Part shown: positions 7,649-16,996 of the stretch, piece by piece
Numbering within the stretch: the first letter of the stretch is position 1
Layout: the number at the start of each line of letters is the position of its first letter
Assembly (NCBI RefSeq): GCF_030605225.1
Contig: NZ_JAUWAV010000002.1
Coordinates: forward strand, 47,365 to 71,364
Direction: 5' to 3'
Length of the DNA stretch: 24,000 nt
DNA from: Geoalkalibacter sp.
GTDB lineage: Bacteria > Desulfobacterota > Desulfuromonadia > Desulfuromonadales > Geoalkalibacteraceae
Made by a program: the position numbers and the translations under genes
The notes under the pieces: model-generated
Database searches by the model: none
What the model saw: only the letters and a program-made list of their open reading frames with translations
What the model was told of the DNA's origin: nothing

Positions 7649-7664
7649 AGCAAAAAAGCTGCCA
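7649..7664 (-). promoter_or_regulatory. Candidate sigma-54 (RpoN) -24/-12 promoter for the hydrogenase-MCP operon
   Basis: The minus strand reads TGGCAG-CTTTT-TTGCT, against the consensus TGGCAC-N5-TTGCW. The GG-N10-GC spacing is exact and there is one mismatch. The predicted transcription start is near 7638, about 108 nt upstream of ATG 7530. Confidence 0.45.
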
Positions 7665-7874
7665 AGGTTAATTTTGTTTCATTTTATTTGCGCATCTGCC
7701 TGATTGATTGAATACAAAGCTGCGGCGTGTTTATTTTGGGGGTGGGGTGGGCATCAGGTTTCGTGGGGCGGATATTTTGTCAAAACACCGTTTGTTCAGC
7801 CGTCAAATAACGGTCTCTTATGTGGCAATGATTTGACAGGGTCCGACGGGGACGACCACCTCTGTCCGGCCTGC

Positions 7875-7904
7875 TTGACTTTCCCGCTTGGCCTCTCCTA
7901 ACAT
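7875..7904 (+). promoter_or_regulatory. Weak candidate sigma-70 promoter for exeA
   Basis: TTGACT (7875-7880), an 18-nt spacer, then TAACAT (7899-7904), about 45 nt upstream of ATG 7949. This is pattern match only. Confidence 0.2.
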
Positions 7905-7948
7905 AACGGCCAACCTTTGAACCCGTCGTCACTTTTTCCGTGAGTCCC

Positions 7949-9595
7949 ATGTATCTCGATTATTTCGGATTGCAGGAAGCGCCCTTTTCCATCGCGCCCG
8001 ATCCCCGTTATCTGTTCATGAGCGAGCACCACCGCGAGGCGCTGGCCCATCTGGTGTACGGGATTCGCAGCGAGGGCGGCTTCGTGCTGCTCACCGGCGA
8101 GGTCGGCACGGGCAAGACCACCGTGTGCCGCTGTCTGCTCGAACAACTGCCGGACAACTGCGAGGTGGCCTTCGTCCTCAATCCCAAGGTCACCAGCCGC
8201 GAATTGCTGGCGACCATCTGCGACGAGCTGGGGATCGCCTATCCCGAGGGCAACCAGAGCGTCAAGGTGTTCGTCGACCGCATCAACGCCTACCTGCTGG
8301 CCAATCACGCCGCCGGACGGCGCACCGTGGTGATCATCGACGAAGCACAGAATCTGGGACCCGCGGTCCTCGAGCAACTGCGCCTGTTGACCAACCTCGA
8401 AACCAACCGCGAAAAGCTTCTGCAGGTCATTCTTCTCGGTCAGCCCGAATTTCGCGAGATGCTCGCGCGCCAGGAGCTGCGCCAGCTCTCCCAGCGCATC
8501 ACGGCGCGCTACCATCTCACGCCCTTGTCCTTCCCCGATATGCAGGCCTACGTGCGCCACCGCCTGCAGGTCGCAGGGCTTGCGCCCGCGGCCTGCGCTA
8601 AACTCTTTCCACAGCGGGTGCTGCGTCGGCTTTTTCGTCTGAGCGGCGGGGTGCCGCGTCTGGTCAACCTGCTCTGTGATCGGGCGCTGCTCGGGGTGTT
8701 CGCCAACGAAGAGCACCGCGTGTCGCTGAAGATTCTCAAGCAAGCGGCCCATGAGGTGTTTGGCCCGCGGCTCGCCGACGGGCGTTCCCGACCCTGGCTG
8801 TGGGGAGGCGCCGCGGCGGCGGCTTGTGGGCTGGTGCTCGCGGGGATTCTGTGGAACTTCGGCGGGGAGCCGGGAGCCGAGCGGGTGCAGGCCTCCCTGC
8901 CCGAAACGGCGCGGCAGAAGATCGCTCCGCCGCCGGAGGAAAACGTCGAAACCGCTCCCGCCGCGCCTTCGGCCGGCTTGTCCTGGCCCGCGCAGGTGCC
9001 GCGCGCGCAAGGCGAGCGCCTGGCTTTCGAGGGGTTGCTGGCACGCTGGGACATTACCGAGCTTCCCGCCGCCGAGAGCGATCTGTGTCGTTTCGTCGGT
9101 GAACTGGGGCTGCAATGCCTACGGGATCGCGGAACCCTGCGCACGCTGGAGGTGCTCGATCGCCCCGCCGTGCTGTCTTTGTTCGATGAGGACAATCAGC
9201 CTTTTTTCGCCACGCTGATCGGGCTGGAGCCGGGCATGGCGACCCTGCTGGTGGGCGGCGAGGAGCGCCGGGTGGCCCGCGCCGAGATCGAAGCGCGCTG
9301 GCTCGGGGAGTACACCCTGGTGTGGCGGGTGCCTCCGGAATATACCGGAAATCTGCACCCCGGCGCCCGTGATCCCTTTGTGCTCTGGCTCGCCGCGCGG
9401 CTGGCCGGCCTTGAGGGGCGCGAGGCCGAGCCGCGCACCAGCCTGGACTATGACCGCGCCCTGGTGCAGGATGTGCGCCGTTTCCAACTCTCCCACGGCC
9501 TGCAGCCCGACGGCATCGTCGGCAGCAAGACCCTGATCCGCATGGGCGGCGCCCTGGGCGGCGTCGAGCCGCGCCTGAGCGGCGCCGGGAGCTGA
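7949..9595 (+). CDS. gspA: ExeA/GspA-type AAA ATPase with C-terminal peptidoglycan-binding domain (type II secretion/secretin-assembly accessory)
   Basis: Starts MYLDYFGLQEAPFSIAPDPRYLFMSEHHREAL. Walker A is GEVGTGKT and Walker B is VVIIDEAQNL. A central TM segment reads WLWGGAAAAACGLVLAGILW. The C-terminus DYDRALVQDVRRFQLSHGLQPDGIVGSKTL looks like PG_binding_1. ATG 7949 is preferred over GTG 7940. Confidence 0.85.
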   Translation: MYLDYFGLQEAPFSIAPDPRYLFMSEHHREALAHLVYGIRSEGGFVLLTGEVGTGKTTVCRCLLEQLPDNCEVAFVLNPKVTSRELLATICDELGIAYPEGNQSVKVFVDRINAYLLANHAAGRRTVVIIDEAQNLGPAVLEQLRLLTNLETNREKLLQVILLGQPEFREMLARQELRQLSQRITARYHLTPLSFPDMQAYVRHRLQVAGLAPAACAKLFPQRVLRRLFRLSGGVPRLVNLLCDRALLGVFANEEHRVSLKILKQAAHEVFGPRLADGRSRPWLWGGAAAAACGLVLAGILWNFGGEPGAERVQASLPETARQKIAPPPEENVETAPAAPSAGLSWPAQVPRAQGERLAFEGLLARWDITELPAAESDLCRFVGELGLQCLRDRGTLRTLEVLDRPAVLSLFDEDNQPFFATLIGLEPGMATLLVGGEERRVARAEIEARWLGEYTLVWRVPPEYTGNLHPGARDPFVLWLAARLAGLEGREAEPRTSLDYDRALVQDVRRFQLSHGLQPDGIVGSKTLIRMGGALGGVEPRLSGAGS

Positions 9596-9601
9596 GCCGC
9601 C

Positions 9602-10342
9602 ATGTCCTTTATCCTTGACGCCCTGCGCAAATCCGACAAAAAGCGTCCCGCCGGCGCGGTGCCCGACCTGCAGACCGAACATCTGGGGCCGCCGCCTGCG
9701 CCGCGGCGCAAAATGCCCCTGGCCCTGATCCTCGTCGCCCTGGCTTTGCTGATCAACGCGGGGCTGCTGCTCTGGTGGCTCAAGCCCTGGCAGCCGCCCG
9801 CTTCTGAACAGACCGCGCTTCCGGCGAGCGAGACGCCGCCGTCCGCGCCGCCCGCCGTTGCATCCGTGCCCGAACCCCTCGCGCCCCTGACGGCCGCGCC
9901 CGCCGCGCCAACGCCTTCCGCCCCCGCTCCTGTCGCGGTGGCGCCCCCGGCACCGCCCGCGCCGCCGACCGTCGCGCCGCCGCCCCCCATGCCCGTTGCG
10001 CCGCAGGCGAGCATGTTCGCTCCGGCCGAGGAGCCCGCGCCCGCCGCCGTACCCGACGCCTGGTTGGCGGCACTGGCCCAGCCGCAGGAGGCCGACCTGG
10101 CGCGGACCTTGCCGGGCCTGCCGCTGCTCAAGGACCTGCCGGGCGAGGTGCGCGCCGCTCTGCCGGAATTTTCCTTCTCCCTGCATTACTTTACGACCAG
10201 TCCGGCGGAGCGCCTGGTACGCATCAACGGGCGTCTGCTGCGCGAGGGGCAATCCCTGGCGGAGGGCCTGGTGTTGGAGGAAATCACCGAGGGCGGCGCG
10301 GTCTTTGATTATCGCGGCCGGTTGTTCGAGGTGCTGCGCTAG
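9602..10342 (+). CDS. gspB: GspB/ExeB-like general secretion pathway protein B
   Basis: Starts MSFILDALRKSDKKR, followed by a single TM (LALILVALALLINAGLLLWWL), a long Pro/Ala-rich linker and a C-terminal T2SSB-like block HYFTTSPAERLVRINGRLLREGQSLAEGLVLEEITEGGAVFDYRGRLFEV. It begins 6 nt after the exeA stop. Confidence 0.7.
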   Translation: MSFILDALRKSDKKRPAGAVPDLQTEHLGPPPAPRRKMPLALILVALALLINAGLLLWWLKPWQPPASEQTALPASETPPSAPPAVASVPEPLAPLTAAPAAPTPSAPAPVAVAPPAPPAPPTVAPPPPMPVAPQASMFAPAEEPAPAAVPDAWLAALAQPQEADLARTLPGLPLLKDLPGEVRAALPEFSFSLHYFTTSPAERLVRINGRLLREGQSLAEGLVLEEITEGGAVFDYRGRLFEVLR

Positions 10343-10773
10343 TGCTCCACGAGAGGCAACGATTTTCCCCGGCGCGGCGCCGCATCGCCCAGCTTCTGCC
10401 CCTGGCGCTGATGTTGCTGATTTTTGGCCTGTCGTCCATCTCCATTGATCTGACGGCGCCCAAGGCGGGCGCCCTTGGCTGGGTGCCGCCCCGCCTGCAA
10501 AACTTTCTGCATATTCCCCTCTACGGCCTGCTGACCTTTCTCTGGTTCGGCGCCCTGGCCGCCTGGGGGATAGGCGCGCGCCGGCGGCTGCCGCTCGCCG
10601 CCCTGATCGCCCTGGGCTACGGGCTGTTCGACGAATGGTACCAGCTGTCGGTACCCGGGCGCTTCGGTTCCCTGACCGACGTGGCGCTCAATGTGGTGGG
10701 GATTCTGCTGGCGCTTCTCTTCTGTCACTGGTTTCAGCAACGCTTTTGGTCGTCATCCACCAAGACCGAATGA
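10342..10773 (+). CDS. VanZ-like family membrane protein
   Basis: 143 aa with 4 predicted TM segments. It carries the VanZ-type motif GLFDEWYQLSVPGRFGSLTDVALNVVGI. The GTG start overlaps the gspB stop by 1 nt (TAGTG). Confidence 0.65.
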   Translation: MLHERQRFSPARRRIAQLLPLALMLLIFGLSSISIDLTAPKAGALGWVPPRLQNFLHIPLYGLLTFLWFGALAAWGIGARRRLPLAALIALGYGLFDEWYQLSVPGRFGSLTDVALNVVGILLALLFCHWFQQRFWSSSTKTE

Positions 10774-10786
10774 GGAGAATCCACCC

Positions 10787-11260
10787 ATGATTTTTATTTT
10801 TGCCCAGCCGCCGCTGCTGCCGGCCATCCGCTCCCTACTCGCGGACAGCGGCCTGTTCCATGGGGATCTCGACGGCGAGAGGATCAAGGACTTTCTCATT
10901 TGTCGCGCCGAGGGCCGGCTGGCAGGGGTCGTCGGGATGGAGGTGCGCGGCGCGGTCGGCCTGCTGCGTTCCCTGGCGGTGGAGCCTTCCTTTCGCGGCC
11001 GAGGCATCGCCTCGCTGCTGCTGGTGCGCATCGAGCGCTTCGCCGCCTTGCAGGGGGTGCGCCGCTTTTTTCTGCTGACCCTGGAGGCACCGGAATATTT
11101 CATCGACAGGGGCTACGCCGCGCTGCCCGCCGCCGAACTGCCCGAGGAGTTGCGTACCGGCGCCCTGGCGCAAGACCTTCTGGCACGCGGCGGCCTCTGC
11201 TTGGTCAAGCCGTTGACCGCGCGCAAAGTGCCCGAAGCGCGCCGCGAAATGGTAAACTAG
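10787..11260 (+). CDS. GNAT-family N-acetyltransferase (ArsN2/amino-acid N-acetyltransferase-like)
   Basis: 157 aa from ATG 10787, with GAGGAG at 10773-10778 overlapping the vanZ stop. The acetyl-CoA motif is LAVEPSFRGRGIASLLL. The upstream extension in the track (from 10691) overlaps vanZ and has no RBS. Confidence 0.75.
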   Translation: MIFIFAQPPLLPAIRSLLADSGLFHGDLDGERIKDFLICRAEGRLAGVVGMEVRGAVGLLRSLAVEPSFRGRGIASLLLVRIERFAALQGVRRFFLLTLEAPEYFIDRGYAALPAAELPEELRTGALAQDLLARGGLCLVKPLTARKVPEARREMVN

Positions 11261-11324
11261 CAGTAAAAAGGCCTGGGAGGATGGTCCTTGAGCGGCATCG
11301 AGCCAGGCAGTCAGGAGACCGAAG

Positions 11325-11795
11325 ATGAAAAAGCTGCTCGCTATTTTGCTCGTCCTGGTTTTGACCCTGGCCGGTTGCGCGACGGCTCCGGGCCCCAAGG
11401 AAACCGGGGGAACCCTCATCGGCGCCGCAGGCGGCGGCCTGCTTGGCGCTCAGGTCGGCAAGGGGCGCGGACAACTGATCGCGGTGGCGGTGGGCACCCT
11501 GGCCGGAGCCCTGATCGGCCAGGAAGTCGGTCGCTCCCTGGATCGCGCCGATCAGATGTGGATGGAGCGCAACGCCCAGCAGGCGCTGGAATACAACCGC
11601 AGCCAACAGGCCAGCACCTGGCACAATCCCGACAGCGGCAATTCGGGATCCTTCACTCCCATTCGCACCTACCAGACCGCCCAGGGGCAGAACTGCCGGG
11701 AATATGTGCAGACGGTCAATATCGGCGGCCAGCCGCAGCAGGCCTACGGCACGGCCTGCCGCCAGCCCGACGGCACCTGGCTGATCGTGCGCTGA
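11325..11795 (+). CDS. Lipoprotein with glycine-zipper region and 17-kDa-surface-antigen-like C-terminal domain
   Basis: Signal peptide plus lipobox: MKKLLAILLVLVLTLAG-C (Cys18). The glycine zipper is GAAGGGLLGAQVGKG...AVAVGTLAGALIG. The C-terminal region has two Cys residues (NCREY...TACRQPDGTW). AGGAGA lies 6 nt upstream of the ATG. Confidence 0.75.
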   Translation: MKKLLAILLVLVLTLAGCATAPGPKETGGTLIGAAGGGLLGAQVGKGRGQLIAVAVGTLAGALIGQEVGRSLDRADQMWMERNAQQALEYNRSQQASTWHNPDSGNSGSFTPIRTYQTAQGQNCREYVQTVNIGGQPQQAYGTACRQPDGTWLIVR

Positions 11796-11818
11796 GAGCA
11801 CGAGCCGACGCGGGCGCG

Positions 11819-11896
11819 AAGGCGCCGTTCATTGCGTGCGAAGGGCGGGATGCTATACTTTGTCCCGTCGCGCGCGCAGGAAACGGCGCCTTTTTT
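11819..11896 (+). terminator. Long compound hairpin followed by T6, read as an intrinsic terminator of the lipoprotein gene
   Basis: Three stem segments: AAGGCGCCGTT (11819-11829) pairs with AACGGCGCCTT (11882-11892); GCGTGCG (11834-11840) pairs with CGCGCGC (11871-11877, one G:U); GGCGGGA (11844-11850) pairs with TCCCGTC (11863-11869, one G:U). The loop is 12 nt and TTTTTT follows at 11891-11896. Confidence 0.5.
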
Positions 11897-11925
11897 ATGA
11901 CCCTTTCGCGGATTGCTCGGACCCC

Positions 11926-14646
<2,721 letters not shown>

Positions 14647-14777
14647 GCACGAATTTCTGGTGTTCTTGAGGCGTGACCGGTTTTTCATGCATGGTCGGCC
14701 GCTGCGGCATCCTGGTCGGTGAAAAAGCGTCTTCATAGTTTATTCGTGTGGATTCATGGCTATAAAAAGGAGTGGTC

Positions 14778-15941
14778 ATGGAGATTAAAGTTCCCGAGGT
14801 GGGGGAGTCGGTGTTCGAGGCGCAAATCGCCCAATGGCATAAAAAGGATGGCGAAAAGGTGCGCGAGGGCGATCTGCTCTGCGAACTGGAGACCGACAAG
14901 GTGTCCTTGGAGCTCAACGCCGATGGCGACGGCATCCTGCGCATCGGCGCCAAGGAGGGCGAGACGGTCAAGGTCGGCGCCGTCATCGGCACCATCGAGG
15001 AAAGCGAGGAGGCGGCTTCGGGCGAGTCGGAGCCGAAGGAAGAGCCCAAGAGGGAAGAAGGGAAGAAGGAAGAACAACCCGCAGCCAAGGCCGCCCTGGC
15101 GCCCGCGCCCGAGAAGACGCGGGCCGAGAAGGCCGAACCTGAGAAAGCCGAGACAAAAGTGACGCGGGAACAGCCGCGGGCCGAAGCGGCCGCCGCGGAA
15201 AGCGCCGAGAAACCGGCCGCGTCCGCAAAGACGAAGGATGATGAGCGCGTCACCCGCCGGCCCATGAGCCCGATTCGCAAGCGCATCGCCGAGCGCCTGC
15301 TCGCCGCGCGTCAGCAGACCGCCATGCTCACCACCTTCAACGAGGCCGACATGAGCCGCGTGCTGGCCCTGCGTCAGAAGCACCAGGAGAGCTTCGTCAA
15401 GCGCCACGGCGTCAAGCTCGGCCTCATGTCCTTTTTCGTCAAGGCGAGCGTCGAGGCCCTCAAGGAATTTCCCGAGGTCAATGCCCAGATCGACGGCGAC
15501 GATCTCGTTTATCACCATTACTACGACATCGGCATCGCCGTGGGCGCCGAAAAAGGCCTGGTGGTGCCGGTGCTGCGCGGCTGCGAGGGGCTGAGCTTCG
15601 CCGAGATCGAGCAGCAGCTTGCCGCCTACGTCGAGAAGATCAAGAACAACAAGCTCGCCTTGGCCGATCTCGAAGGGGGCACCTTCACCATCACCAACGG
15701 CGGCGTCTACGGTTCCATCAATTCCACGCCGATTCTCAACCCACCGCAAAGCGCGGTGCTGGGCCTGCACGCCATTCAGGAGCGCCCCGTGGCGCGCGCC
15801 GGAGAAATCCTCATCCGCCCCATGATGAACCTGGCCCTCTCCTACGATCATCGCATCATCGACGGTCGCCAGGCGGTGGGCTTTCTCAAGCGCATCAAGG
15901 ATTTGGTGGAAGAGCCCGAAGAGATGCTGCTGGAGATGTGA
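14778..15941 (+). CDS. sucB: Dihydrolipoyllysine-residue succinyltransferase, E2 of 2-oxoglutarate dehydrogenase
   Basis: 387 aa from ATG 14778, with AAAGGAG 5 nt upstream. The lipoyl domain is MEIKVPEVGESV...LCELETDKVSLEL. The catalytic domain contains MSPIRKRIAERL...FTITNGGVYGS...LSYDHRIIDGRQAV. Confidence 0.93.
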   Translation: MEIKVPEVGESVFEAQIAQWHKKDGEKVREGDLLCELETDKVSLELNADGDGILRIGAKEGETVKVGAVIGTIEESEEAASGESEPKEEPKREEGKKEEQPAAKAALAPAPEKTRAEKAEPEKAETKVTREQPRAEAAAAESAEKPAASAKTKDDERVTRRPMSPIRKRIAERLLAARQQTAMLTTFNEADMSRVLALRQKHQESFVKRHGVKLGLMSFFVKASVEALKEFPEVNAQIDGDDLVYHHYYDIGIAVGAEKGLVVPVLRGCEGLSFAEIEQQLAAYVEKIKNNKLALADLEGGTFTITNGGVYGSINSTPILNPPQSAVLGLHAIQERPVARAGEILIRPMMNLALSYDHRIIDGRQAVGFLKRIKDLVEEPEEMLLEM

Positions 15942-15942
15942 C

Positions 15943-16335
15943 ATGGATACCCACAGCAAGGTCATCGGCTATGTTCTGTGGATTTTCGGCTTCATGGGCG
16001 CGCACCGCTTCTATTATGGGCGGCCCATCAGCGGCACGATTTATTTCTTCACCCTGGGCCTGTTGTTCATCGGCTGGATCATCGACCTGTTTCTCATCCC
16101 GTCCATGGACCGCAGCGCCGATCTGCGCTTTACCCCGGGGCCGGTGGATTACAACGTCGCCTGGGTGCTGCTCACCTTCCTGGGTATTTTCGGCATCCAC
16201 CGCTTTTATCTCGGCAAGTGGCCGACCGGTTTGCTCTATCTACTCACGGGCGGGCTGTTTCTGCTCGGCATCATCTATGACTACTGGACCCTCAACACCC
16301 AGATCAGCGAGGTGAACGGCGGCGCGTCCCGTTGA
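15943..16335 (+). CDS. TM2 domain-containing membrane protein (two TM2 repeats)
   Basis: 130 aa. It has two copies of the W(I/V)..G..G.HRFY.G pattern: LWIFGFMGAHRFYYGR and LTFLGIFGIHRFYLGK. It starts 1 nt after the sucB stop. Confidence 0.7.
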   Translation: MDTHSKVIGYVLWIFGFMGAHRFYYGRPISGTIYFFTLGLLFIGWIIDLFLIPSMDRSADLRFTPGPVDYNVAWVLLTFLGIFGIHRFYLGKWPTGLLYLLTGGLFLLGIIYDYWTLNTQISEVNGGASR

Positions 16336-16370
16336 GGCGCGGCGCCGGCAGCCTCGCGGGAGAGCCCGCC

Positions 16371-16949
16371 ATGAATCTTGTCTGTCTGCTCGGCAGTCCC
16401 CGGCCCCGGGGCAACAGCACCAGCCTGGCCCGTCATCTCTGCGAGAGCGCAGAGCATCTCGGCGCCGACGTGCGGGTGTTCGCCCTCAACGAGCTCGATT
16501 ATCGCGGCTGCCAGGCCTGCTATGCTTGCAAGCGCAAGCTCGATCACTGCCTTCTCGACGATGATCTGCGCGAAGTGCTGGCCGCGGTCCTGGCCGCCGA
16601 TGCCCTGGTGCTCTCCTCGCCCATCTATTTCGGCGACATCAGCGCCCAGCTCAAGGGCTTCATCGACCGCACCTTCAGCTATCTGGTGCCCGACTACTAC
16701 GCCAATCCCCAGCCGAGCCGCCTGCCGCCGGACAAAAAACTCGTCATGATCCTCACCCAGGGCGTGGCCGACGAGCAGGTGTTCGCCGATGTGTTTCCGC
16801 GCTACGAAGGTTTTCTCAAGTGGGAAGGCTTTGCCGAGAGCCGTCTGATTCGTGCCTGCGGCGTGACGCCCGCCACCCGGCCGGACAAGCTTGGGCCCTG
16901 GCTGGAGCAGGCGCAGGCGGCCGCGCGCTGGTTGATGGGCGCGCCCTAG
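16371..16949 (+). CDS. Flavodoxin-like fold NAD(P)H-dependent FMN reductase / iron-sulfur flavoprotein-like protein
   Basis: 192 aa from ATG 16371. Starts MNLVCLLGSPRPRGNSTSLARHL. It carries a Cys cluster (CQACYACKRKLDHC) and SSPIYFGDISAQLKGFIDR. GGGAGAG lies upstream. Confidence 0.7.
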   Translation: MNLVCLLGSPRPRGNSTSLARHLCESAEHLGADVRVFALNELDYRGCQACYACKRKLDHCLLDDDLREVLAAVLAADALVLSSPIYFGDISAQLKGFIDRTFSYLVPDYYANPQPSRLPPDKKLVMILTQGVADEQVFADVFPRYEGFLKWEGFAESRLIRACGVTPATRPDKLGPWLEQAQAAARWLMGAP

Positions 16950-16996
16950 CCGAATCCGGCGTTGCTTACACCCCTGTCTTGATACGGACAGCCCTG

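Noticed and set aside
7823-7838. TGGCAATGATTTGACA on the plus strand as a sigma-54 promoter for exeA
   Set aside because: The -12 region reads TGAC or TTGA rather than TTGC at the correct spacing. The TTGACA here also has no acceptable -10 hexamer 16-18 nt downstream.
7704-7901. 65-aa plus-strand ORF in the hydrogenase/exeA intergenic region
   Set aside because: It has no RBS. The translation is odd (W/G-rich, driven by the G-run) and lies in an AT-rich regulatory region. It more likely reflects non-coding promoter or enhancer DNA.
9830-10040. Pro/Ala-rich, highly GC-rich stretch that looks like a repeat
   Set aside because: It is the in-frame low-complexity periplasmic linker of GspB (APxAP-type). 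I could not define any exact nucleotide repeat unit.
7898-10252. Two long minus-strand ORFs (7898-9115, 405 aa; 9119-10252, 377 aa)
   Set aside because: They are antisense to exeA and gspB. Both translations are Arg/Gly/Gln-rich and low-complexity, while the plus strand carries Walker A/B, PG-binding and T2SSB-like motifs.
14760-15965. 401-aa minus-strand ORF
   Set aside because: It is antisense to sucB, which has a lipoyl domain and DHRxxDG catalytic motifs on the plus strand.
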